From NCBI GenBank assembly GCA_016930515.1, contig JAFGGO010000127.1:1-13394 (forward strand): 13,394 bases of DNA. Reading direction: 5' to 3'. How positions within the stretch are numbered: the first letter of the stretch is position 1; the number at the start of each line of letters is the position of its first letter. Under the pieces are notes generated by a model, which was not told where the DNA came from, ran no database searches, and saw only the letters and a list, made by a program, of their open reading frames with translations. A program made the position numbers and the translations under genes. This document shows positions 1-7,440 of this stretch, piece by piece. Source of the stretch: Promethearchaeota archaeon (GTDB lineage Archaea > Asgardarchaeota > Lokiarchaeia > Sigyniarchaeales > SOKP01).

Positions 1-11
1 CGAGATTACCC

Positions 12-536
12 TTGGAAGAATATAAGCGATTTACGATTTCATTGCCACAGGATTTATACGAGAAATTCGAATCTTTTAGGAAGGAATTAAATGTTTCAAG
101 GTCAGACGCCATAAGAAAAGCAATGAATGCGTATTTAATAGACGAAAAAAACATTCCCGAACCTTCAACAGAGATCGTGGGATGTATCGCATTGGTTACT
201 AAACACGAACATTTTGAATCAACACATGATGATGAAACACTTCATCAAGAAGATCACGATCACGAACACCCCCATCAGATTATACATTCTCACGAATACC
301 AATCAAAACCGATTTATGCAAATGTTCAACAAACCGACTTGTTGCTCATAAACGACATACAGCACCATTTTACGGATATTATCCTGTCAACCATGCACCT
401 TCATTTAAGTTTTGAAAAATGCATGGAAATAATTGCTGTTTCTGGGCCGTTCAATCGGGTTACCAAGCTCAAAGAAGAGCTCCAAAGGCTCAAATCTATA
501 GTGTCAATAGATTACTTCACGGTAGATAAGACATAA
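12..536 (+). CDS. nikR: Nickel-responsive transcriptional regulator NikR (RHH + ACT-like metal-binding domain) with His-rich insertion
   Basis: N-terminal ribbon-helix-helix (KRFTISLP...SRSDAIRKAM). C-terminal H118, H129, H131, C137 and E139 have the same 11/2/6/2 spacing as E. coli NikR H76/H87/H89/C95/E97. TTG start. Confidence 0.88.
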   Translation: MEEYKRFTISLPQDLYEKFESFRKELNVSRSDAIRKAMNAYLIDEKNIPEPSTEIVGCIALVTKHEHFESTHDDETLHQEDHDHEHPHQIIHSHEYQSKPIYANVQQTDLLLINDIQHHFTDIILSTMHLHLSFEKCMEIIAVSGPFNRVTKLKEELQRLKSIVSIDYFTVDKT

Positions 537-717
537 AAAGAAAGGGGAGAAAATAAAAATTTCAAATTGCATAAAATCAGAATAAATGATAAGGGATTAA
601 ATAGAAATTTTTATTTTCGCACCTTGATATAGGGTGTTTGAGTAAGGTATTTGTAGTATTTCTTTCATTTAAATAGTTTGAGAGACGATATTTAGTAAAT
701 TTTAACAAAAGAGTAGT

Positions 718-748
718 AAAAAAAAAGTAAATATGCCTTTTAATAGGC
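718..748 (-). terminator. Possible terminator of the histone gene (short hairpin + oligo-T)
   Basis: GCCT-N6-AGGC stem (735-748) followed on the minus strand by a T9 tract (726..718), just downstream of the histone stop codon. The stem is weak and the background AT-rich. Confidence 0.35.
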
Positions 749-763
749 TAAAGTTAAATACAT

Positions 764-961
764 TTAGAGGTCTTTTTCTTGAACGGTTTTTCTGTTATTA
801 GCTTTTGCTCTACCAATTGCAGCGTCAAGAAGGGCAATGATTGCGTTATTAAGAGCGTCACCATCAATTACATCACCGCTCGTATTGCATCCCTTGCTTT
901 TAATATAGTCCCTGACCTTGCTTTTTACAAAAAGAGCTTCAGCTACGGGTTTTTTGGCCAT
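764..961 (-). CDS. Histone-fold protein, short-alpha3 (face-to-face/bacterial-type-like) prokaryotic histone
   Basis: 65 aa. LFVKSKVRDYIKSKG-x-NTSGD (alpha1/L1), a long amphipathic alpha2, then A-x-ANNRKTVQEKDL with the histone RxTxxxxD L2 motif, ending one residue after the Asp. Strong GGAGG SD 8 nt upstream. Confidence 0.88.
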   Translation of the reverse strand: MAKKPVAEALFVKSKVRDYIKSKGCNTSGDVIDGDALNNAIIALLDAAIGRAKANNRKTVQEKDL

Positions 962-969
962 TTTTTATT

Positions 970-974
970 CCTCC
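970..974 (-). promoter_or_regulatory. Shine-Dalgarno GGAGG of histone gene
   Basis: Minus strand reads ttGGAGGaataaaaaATG. Confidence 0.7.
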
Positions 975-1049
975 AATTGTTTATTTTTTGATAATTCAAT
1001 TATTTTTCGTTAAAACATTAAATTACTAAATATTGATTAGGCAAGCTTC

Positions 1050-1064
1050 TTTTTAAACTTTAGG
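1050..1064 (-). promoter_or_regulatory. Candidate BRE/TATA promoter of histone gene
   Basis: Minus strand cctaaag-TTTAAAAA about 90 nt upstream of the ATG. The AT-rich background limits specificity. Confidence 0.3.
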
Positions 1065-1229
1065 TTAAGAAGGTCATAAAACATTAATAAAATCCCTCTA
1101 GTAGCAACCCACATAGAAAAAGTTAACGCCTAATTATAAGGAGCTGTCTAAGTTTCTCTCAATATATAGAAATATCTTGAAAGTCTAGGAAATATTAGGA
1201 GATATTACGCTTTTTTGGATTTATAATTT

Positions 1230-2327
1230 TTAGAGTTTTATTTCCTTGTTTACTTCAGCGGACTCAATTGCAGCGAGATTGAACTTCAAGATGTATCGAG
1301 CGGTTTCCCCAGAAAGAACGGGATCAACTTTCATTTTTAGAACATTAATAAAATGTTTTGTAGCATTTATAAAACTATATTTCCAATCCTGCCTTTCTTC
1401 TTCAATTTTCTCAATTTTTCCATTTATATATAAAACGATTGATGGAAATATACCTGATCCTGACATTTGATTCCCCCTAGAAGTGCATTGATTAATCCAC
1501 ATCATTCCTTTCGTTCCAGATATTTCAATAAATTCGTCCGTTGGATAATATTTTGAAGGGACAACCATTTCGGGCATTAAACAAAATTCAAGAATACCAT
1601 ACTGAGGGTATGACTGAGATGCCGCTTTTTTAAATTTCCAAAAAACATAAGCTGGAGCGTCAACATCACCATAAGAATCTGTTCTTGCCTTGAGAAACTC
1701 GATCTCATTTCCAAACATCCAATAACCCAGTGCAAAAGCGTGCCATCCATTATCCAACAAAACTGGTGAACCTTTTGTGGAATGTCCACCAATCAACTTA
1801 GGATCTCTTCGCCAAGATTGCGCGCTTTCAGGAACAATCCATCCACCTTTTGCGCCCATTACGGTTTTTATCCGAATAGCTAATAAATCACCAATGGCCC
1901 CTTCTTCAAGGAGTTTTTTTGCCGTTACAATTTGAGGTGCAAATAAAAAATTTTCGTAAATTGATAGGATCGACCCAGATTTTTTACACGCCGCTATCAT
2001 TTCATCGGCTTCAGATAGCGAAAGCGCCATGGGTTTTTGGACCGATATGGCTTTAATTCTATTGCTCGCCGCAAAAATTACGGCTTCAGAATGTAAATGA
2101 TGTGGTAATAAAAATTCTATCATATCAATTTCTTCGTTTTCTATCATTTGCTTATAATCTGTATAAACTTGAATGTTTTCGCCTAATCCGAATTTTTTAA
2201 TTTTTTCTCTTGCCGCTTCAATCCTATTATCGCAAAGACAAGTTATTTGAACATCTTTTTCATCCAAATATCCAAGAACATTTAAATCAAAAATAACACC
2301 CGTTCCTACAATTCCTACTTTAAGCAA
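1230..2327 (-). CDS. Gfo/Idh/MocA family NAD(P)-dependent oxidoreductase
   Basis: Rossmann start KVGIVGTG, PHHLH, QKPMA (variant of the EKP motif), GxxLLDNGWH catalytic motif, EISGTKG. TTG start with an in-frame stop two codons upstream. Confidence 0.9.
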   Translation of the reverse strand: MLKVGIVGTGVIFDLNVLGYLDEKDVQITCLCDNRIEAAREKIKKFGLGENIQVYTDYKQMIENEEIDMIEFLLPHHLHSEAVIFAASNRIKAISVQKPMALSLSEADEMIAACKKSGSILSIYENFLFAPQIVTAKKLLEEGAIGDLLAIRIKTVMGAKGGWIVPESAQSWRRDPKLIGGHSTKGSPVLLDNGWHAFALGYWMFGNEIEFLKARTDSYGDVDAPAYVFWKFKKAASQSYPQYGILEFCLMPEMVVPSKYYPTDEFIEISGTKGMMWINQCTSRGNQMSGSGIFPSIVLYINGKIEKIEEERQDWKYSFINATKHFINVLKMKVDPVLSGETARYILKFNLAAIESAEVNKEIKL

Positions 2328-2507
2328 GGTTCAATCCCACCGTTAAAAATAATATGTTAATTAATATAATCCTCTAAAAAAATTTTTTCTTGATTCTTAC
2401 AATAAATGTATCTATTTAAGATCCATGCAATATCGTAATAAAACAAGTATTTTTTCATACGAAACATAATAAAGGGCTTTTTATATTCAAATTTTACATT
2501 ATTATTT

Positions 2508-3311
2508 ATGTCATTGAAAAAACAATCAATTGTTCCATCAGAAAAAAGGAATTCTTCTATAAACGAGAGCATCCATAACATATTCATATTCAAGAATTCG
2601 GGGATTTGCATTTACGGTAAAAACATCACCCACCAATATAATATGGAAGATAACTTGATATCAGCTTTTTTTACGGCCCTTCGCTCCTTTACTGAAGAAG
2701 TTGTAGGGGAAAAAATAAAAACAATTGAAATGGGAAAGGTTAAATTCGTAATAATAAAAAAAAACGATTATTTTTACGGATTTTTAAGCAATAATTACGA
2801 AAATATCATCCTCTTGCAAAAAATTGCAGATAAAATTCACTCTAAATATTTAAAATACATTAAAAAACATTGTTTTCACGATAATGTCGAATATATCCAA
2901 GATAAAAATTTTGAAAAAGAGGTAGGATCAATAGTAGCCAAAATCGTTGAAAAAGAATATAACTTAGATAATGAGAACGAAGTAATTGATTTTTTGCGGA
3001 GTTTCTCTCAGTCGGGCGATCTTGAGGGCGTTGTATTATTAAAACGACACGGAAAAGTCATTTTTAGTTCAATGAGCGGAAGTGAGCTTAATAATTTACT
3101 AAAGGAAATGAATTTTCACTCAAAGGTACAAAGTAATAGCATTTTAAAAATGTATTACACTTCAAAAACAGGAAGAATTGTTTTTTCTGAACAAGTAGAA
3201 GATTTATATTATATCATCCTAGTGCTTAATCCAATAGTAAAATTTGGAATCGCTGAATATTATCTGCAAAAAGTAGTAAATTTCATAAAAATTTCCTTGA
3301 GCAAATATTAG
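2508..3311 (+). CDS. Putative longin + roadblock/LC7-like two-domain protein
   Basis: aa ~21-146 show the Asgard-type longin pattern (IHNIFIFKNSGICIY...DNLISAFFTALRSFTEEVVGEKIKTIEMGKVKFVI). aa ~155-265 show a roadblock/MglB-like pattern (helix-LEGVVLLKRHGKVIFSS-helix...IVFSEQV...IILVL...KFGIAEYYLQKVVNFI). Fold assigned by pattern only. Confidence 0.68.
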   Translation: MSLKKQSIVPSEKRNSSINESIHNIFIFKNSGICIYGKNITHQYNMEDNLISAFFTALRSFTEEVVGEKIKTIEMGKVKFVIIKKNDYFYGFLSNNYENIILLQKIADKIHSKYLKYIKKHCFHDNVEYIQDKNFEKEVGSIVAKIVEKEYNLDNENEVIDFLRSFSQSGDLEGVVLLKRHGKVIFSSMSGSELNNLLKEMNFHSKVQSNSILKMYYTSKTGRIVFSEQVEDLYYIILVLNPIVKFGIAEYYLQKVVNFIKISLSKY

Positions 3312-3326
3312 AAATAAATAAGAATA

Positions 3327-4889
3327 TTAAAAAGACCAAGGAACATATCCCGAGCTTATTTTATCGAAATAATTATCAATACTCATTTCAAGTTGTCGTT
3401 CTGCTCTCCTTAAGGCTCCAAAATTTGCCCCGTTTTGATAATAAACCATTAAAAGTTTAGAAATTTCCCTATCTGCGGTGGATATTAACGCTTGTAATTT
3501 CGCGTTTTTTATCGTGTTTTTGTAATCAACGAAGTTAAATTTGAATTTGGCTTGTTGTTTTAATTCTTGCTCTAAAATTTTGTACTTTTGGTTAAGATTT
3601 TTAATATTTTTTTCAAGAAAATGAGATATTTCGTTTTGAAAAGGTGTGTTGAGTTTTGGGACGAAAGGATTTACATGTACCTTCAGTGCGTTTTTTGAAA
3701 AATTTAATTGTGCGATGTTTTTTAAAAGAAATGCGATTTCTCTCACATCTTCAATGCTTTCACCAGGTAAACCAATCAAGAAGTAAAACTTGATGCTTCT
3801 AATCGTTGAATTTCGAATTATCCTTACTGCAGAAAGAATCTTATCGTTTGAAATCATTTTGCCAAGATTGAATCTTAAACGCTCGTTTCCCGCTTCAGGA
3901 GCAATAGTTATGGTTTTCACGCCACCACTTCCGAGAATTTGAAGAATATTTTTATTAATATGCTCGATTCTAATTGAAGGTATTGCGATTTTCTTTCCGT
4001 TTTTAACAATATAATCGCAAATATTCAAAAAATGAGGATGAGAAGAAACACAAGATCCAATAAGCGCAATAGTCTCGATTTCAGGACGATTAAATGTCTT
4101 TTCAATGGTTGACTTAATATTTTCAAGGTTTCGATTTCTAAAAGGACTATTATGGAATGACGAAAGACAAAATTTACATTGATAGGGACAACCTCTATTA
4201 ATCTCAACAAAGAAATAACTTTCGAAAATCTTCTTTTCCGTACTCTTAGAAATTACTTGATATGAGGGAATGGAAATTGAGTTTAGATCTCGGAGTATTG
4301 CTCTTTTGACCGAATTATCATGTTCAGGTACAAAAATCCCTTCAATATTAGCAACTTTTTCTAAAAAATTAGAAAGAATCGTTGATTTTTTTTCTTCTAA
4401 ATATAATTGTAAAACAGAGAATAGATTAGGTTCTGAATCTCCTATAAAGATCAAATCAAAACAATCCGCAAAAGGTAAGGGATTTGAGGTGACTACTGGA
4501 CCCCCAGCAATTAACAAGGGATAATTATAGTTTTCTGATATTCTTTGCTTTTCCCTTGTCTTAGAAGTTAATGGAATGCCTATTTTTTCTAAAATCCATA
4601 AAACATTTCTAAAATCGTTTTCTGAATGAATTGAAAAACCAATAATATCAAAATCCTTAATTAATACAGCAGATTCAATGCTCCGAAGGCTATCGTTAGG
4701 GAGAGGATCGTTTGATGCGGGATATTTAACATATTTTGGTAAAAAAAAGCGCTCACAAACCATATTTGGTTTTGAATTGATGAGAGAATATAACAATCTC
4801 ATGGCGTAAGAACTCAAGCCAATTTCGCTTGTATTAGGATATACAAGCACGATAGATAACTCTTTTTTTCCCCAATCTTTTATTATCAT
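3327..4889 (-). CDS. Radical SAM protein with N-terminal B12-binding-like domain (COG1032 / TIGR03960-like)
   Basis: EINRGCPYQCKFC (CxxxCxxC), N-terminal VLVYPN...LLY...CERFF, AGGPVVTSNP, FIGDSE, TIAPEAG, KFYFLIGLPGE, PFVPKLNTPF. Confidence 0.88.
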   Translation of the reverse strand: MIIKDWGKKELSIVLVYPNTSEIGLSSYAMRLLYSLINSKPNMVCERFFLPKYVKYPASNDPLPNDSLRSIESAVLIKDFDIIGFSIHSENDFRNVLWILEKIGIPLTSKTREKQRISENYNYPLLIAGGPVVTSNPLPFADCFDLIFIGDSEPNLFSVLQLYLEEKKSTILSNFLEKVANIEGIFVPEHDNSVKRAILRDLNSISIPSYQVISKSTEKKIFESYFFVEINRGCPYQCKFCLSSFHNSPFRNRNLENIKSTIEKTFNRPEIETIALIGSCVSSHPHFLNICDYIVKNGKKIAIPSIRIEHINKNILQILGSGGVKTITIAPEAGNERLRFNLGKMISNDKILSAVRIIRNSTIRSIKFYFLIGLPGESIEDVREIAFLLKNIAQLNFSKNALKVHVNPFVPKLNTPFQNEISHFLEKNIKNLNQKYKILEQELKQQAKFKFNFVDYKNTIKNAKLQALISTADREISKLLMVYYQNGANFGALRRAERQLEMSIDNYFDKISSGYVPWSF

Positions 4890-5144
4890 TGTTTTATCAA
4901 ATTTAATTTAAATTCTTATGAGAAGAGTTAATAATTTCAATTTTTATATTAAAAAATCCGATAGTATGGTTTTTAAATCGAATTGAAGGAATTTGCATTG
5001 CTATTTTTTTTAAATTAAATTTTGTTATGGAGTATTTTTTAAAATTCTTTAATTTTTTTGATCTAATTTAGCTTATTATATATCTATTTATTTAATAATT
5101 CGCTATTTGACAATGAAATCAATAATATTTTTAAGGTTCAATTA

Positions 5145-5182
5145 TTTATATCCTCAATGCGTTGAGCAATATTATGGCTCAA
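5145..5182 (+). promoter_or_regulatory. Candidate TATA box followed by an inverted-repeat operator
   Basis: TTTATAT (5145-5151), then TTGAGC-N9-GCTCAA (5162-5182), plus an overlapping CTCAA-N4-TTGAG (5153-5166). Ends 28 nt before the ATG at 5211. Confidence 0.4.
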
Positions 5183-5210
5183 ACACTTTTTTAACATTAT
5201 ATTAATTCAC

Positions 5211-6110
5211 ATGCTATCTGGATTTGCGATTATTTTAGAAAACGACATTTTATATTGTTCTAACGACTCGAAATATACCACGTTCGAGATAGTGATATTC
5301 GTCCAAATCCTCATAGATAGCATTAATCGAAAACGCTCTTGGCGCTTAAATAACATATTTTTCTCGGATCAAAACGAAGAGAACGAATCTATGATTCTAA
5401 AGCATACTGTTTTAAATCAAAGTCAAAACCTTTTTTATTGTGTTATAGGAGACTTTAATTCAGATACTGGTATTGCTGTTCATGCATTAGAAGAGTTTTC
5501 AAAAAACACAAACGACCTTTTCAGAGACAAGATAATTTCAAATTTAAAAACCCCTTCTGAACAAGCCATTTTTCGAGAAAGGATTGAGACCGTAATTTTT
5601 AATCTGAAGCAAAAATATAGTTATGTCGCTTTAAACGAATATTTGGATCACCACATTGGAATAGGCCCCGCAAATAAAATATTATACGCGGGAATTTCGA
5701 ACCAAGGTCTTCCCATTATATCCAAACTTTACGATAATAATCTCCTACACAATACTGGTAAAGAATATAATCGGGAAAATATGGAAATGTTTTGTTCGGA
5801 TTTGTCGGCAAAACTCGCCACGATTGCAATGAATACCATCATTCGAGCAAACATGCATATAAAAGAAATACAAATAAGAGATGTCGAAGAAATGGGATTT
5901 GATAAGATAATATTATACGCAAGTATTAACAACTACTCAGTGGATTTCGTTGCGTCAGGAAATTTCAACGAGATCAAAGAAATCTTTCGACTCTTTCATG
6001 ATAGGATTTCAGGAGAGACCATTTTTAACGAGGACTTTACTGGTGATTTAAAACCTTATAAACATTTATCCAAGTATTTAGAAGAGCTTTCACAATATTT
6101 TGACAATTAG
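5211..6110 (+). CDS. Hypothetical protein, putative tandem longin-like domains
   Basis: 299-aa clean ORF. The C-terminal half (aa ~155-296) has a longin-like pattern: ILYAGISNQGLPIISKLY...LSAKLATIAMNT...IKEIQI...IILYASI..YSVDFVASG-helix-FTGDLKPY-helix. The N-terminal half has a similar bb-a-bbb-aa pattern but is more divergent. Confidence 0.55.
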   Translation: MLSGFAIILENDILYCSNDSKYTTFEIVIFVQILIDSINRKRSWRLNNIFFSDQNEENESMILKHTVLNQSQNLFYCVIGDFNSDTGIAVHALEEFSKNTNDLFRDKIISNLKTPSEQAIFRERIETVIFNLKQKYSYVALNEYLDHHIGIGPANKILYAGISNQGLPIISKLYDNNLLHNTGKEYNRENMEMFCSDLSAKLATIAMNTIIRANMHIKEIQIRDVEEMGFDKIILYASINNYSVDFVASGNFNEIKEIFRLFHDRISGETIFNEDFTGDLKPYKHLSKYLEELSQYFDN

Positions 6111-6128
6111 GAGCCTTGATTAAACCCA

Positions 6129-7421
6129 ATGAAAGCCGTCATATTAGCCGCTGGAAAGGGTAAGAGGTTAAGACCAATTACCGCCTCTCGCCCAAAACCG
6201 ATGATTCCAATTGCTGGAAAACCATTACTTGAGCATACTTTAATTAGTTTAAAAGAAGCAGGAATAAATCAGGTTCTTTTAATTGTAGGTTATAAGGAGG
6301 AGATGATTAAGCAGTATTTCGGAAATGGAACTTCGTTAGGCGTAAAAATCGAATACATAACTCAAAACGAGCACTTGGGCACAGCTCACGCTACATATCT
6401 AGCCAAGGATTTTATTGACGACGAGGGCGCTTTTTTAATGATGTACGGAGACTTACTCGTCGAAACGAAAGCCTATAAAGAAATAGTTGAAAATTTTAGG
6501 AATAGTAAAGCAAATGGTTTAGTTTCACTCATAGAGGTGGAAAATCCAAGAGAGTTTGGAATTATTTCATTAGATCCCTCGGGGATGGTGGAAAAAATAG
6601 TGGAAAAACCTGCGGAAGAACTAAAAATGGGTAATTTAGCAAACGCGGGAGTGTATATATTCGACCCACAAGTATTTAAGGCGATTGAACTTACAAAAAA
6701 ATCTATAAGAGGCGAGTACGAATTAACGGATTCAATTGAGATATTGATAAGAGAGTCTAAGATGACTTTTCTTGGATTTTCAATTAATCATCGATTTTGG
6801 AGCGATATAGGACTGCCTTGGCAACTATTAGATGCTAATAAGTATCTATTGGATAATATTAATGAGGAAATCTTAGGAATAATAGAAGAGAACGTGAATA
6901 TTTCGGGAAAGGTCTTTATTGGTAAAGATACGATAATTAAATCGGGAAGTACCATCCAAGGACCGTGTTTTATTGGTAATGATAATTCAATTGGCCCAAA
7001 TGCCTTTGTTCGACCCTATACTTTTATTGGAAACAAATGTCACGTGGGAATGTCTGAAATTAAGAATTCGATAATATTATCAGGTTCAGCAATACCACAT
7101 TTTAACTATGTTGGTGATTCGATTATTTGCGAAAAAGTGAATCTTGGAGCGGGATCAAAGATTTCCAATTTAAGATTCGACGATAAAAGCGTAAAAATGT
7201 GCATTAATAATAAAATAATTGATTCTGAACGGAGAAAGCTAGGTGCGATTATTGGACCAGGCGTAAAAACGGGAATTAACACGAGTATTATGTGTGGAAA
7301 GATAATCGGCGAGAATTCTTGGATCGGGGCTCATACTTTAGTTCTTGAAGACGTGGATCCTTCCACGATTTATTATTATGATCCTGAAAAAGGGATAGTG
7401 AGAAAAACTAAAAATAAGTAA
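6129..7421 (+). CDS. glmU: Bifunctional sugar-1-phosphate nucleotidylyltransferase/acetyltransferase (archaeal GlmU)
   Basis: MKAVILAAGKGKRLRPIT..RPKPM, QxxxLGTAHA, YGD, IVEKP, RGEYELTD, then hexapeptide left-handed beta-helix repeats with EIKNS, PHFNYVGDS, NLGAGS...NLRFD, RRKLGAIIG. Confidence 0.9.
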   Translation: MKAVILAAGKGKRLRPITASRPKPMIPIAGKPLLEHTLISLKEAGINQVLLIVGYKEEMIKQYFGNGTSLGVKIEYITQNEHLGTAHATYLAKDFIDDEGAFLMMYGDLLVETKAYKEIVENFRNSKANGLVSLIEVENPREFGIISLDPSGMVEKIVEKPAEELKMGNLANAGVYIFDPQVFKAIELTKKSIRGEYELTDSIEILIRESKMTFLGFSINHRFWSDIGLPWQLLDANKYLLDNINEEILGIIEENVNISGKVFIGKDTIIKSGSTIQGPCFIGNDNSIGPNAFVRPYTFIGNKCHVGMSEIKNSIILSGSAIPHFNYVGDSIICEKVNLGAGSKISNLRFDDKSVKMCINNKIIDSERRKLGAIIGPGVKTGINTSIMCGKIIGENSWIGAHTLVLEDVDPSTIYYYDPEKGIVRKTKNK

Positions 7422-7440
7422 TGAATTTAAAAAAAGAGAT

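Noticed and set aside
619-637. Hairpin GCACCTT-GATAT-AGGGTGT downstream of nikR
   Set aside because: A 7-bp stem with two G-U pairs. It could be a 3'-UTR or terminator element but is too weak to call.
779-991. 70-aa plus-strand ORF
   Set aside because: Antisense shadow of the histone gene, which has a clear motif and SD.
1167-1207. Short direct repeats TAG(G)A(A/G)ATAT upstream of the histone gene
   Set aside because: Short, imperfect and AT-rich, so expected by chance. There is no CRISPR-like periodicity.
2435-2460. GTAATA-N14-TCATAC resembling a NikR operator
   Set aside because: Only one half-site matches the E. coli consensus, the spacing differs (14 vs 16), and the flanking genes are not Ni-related.
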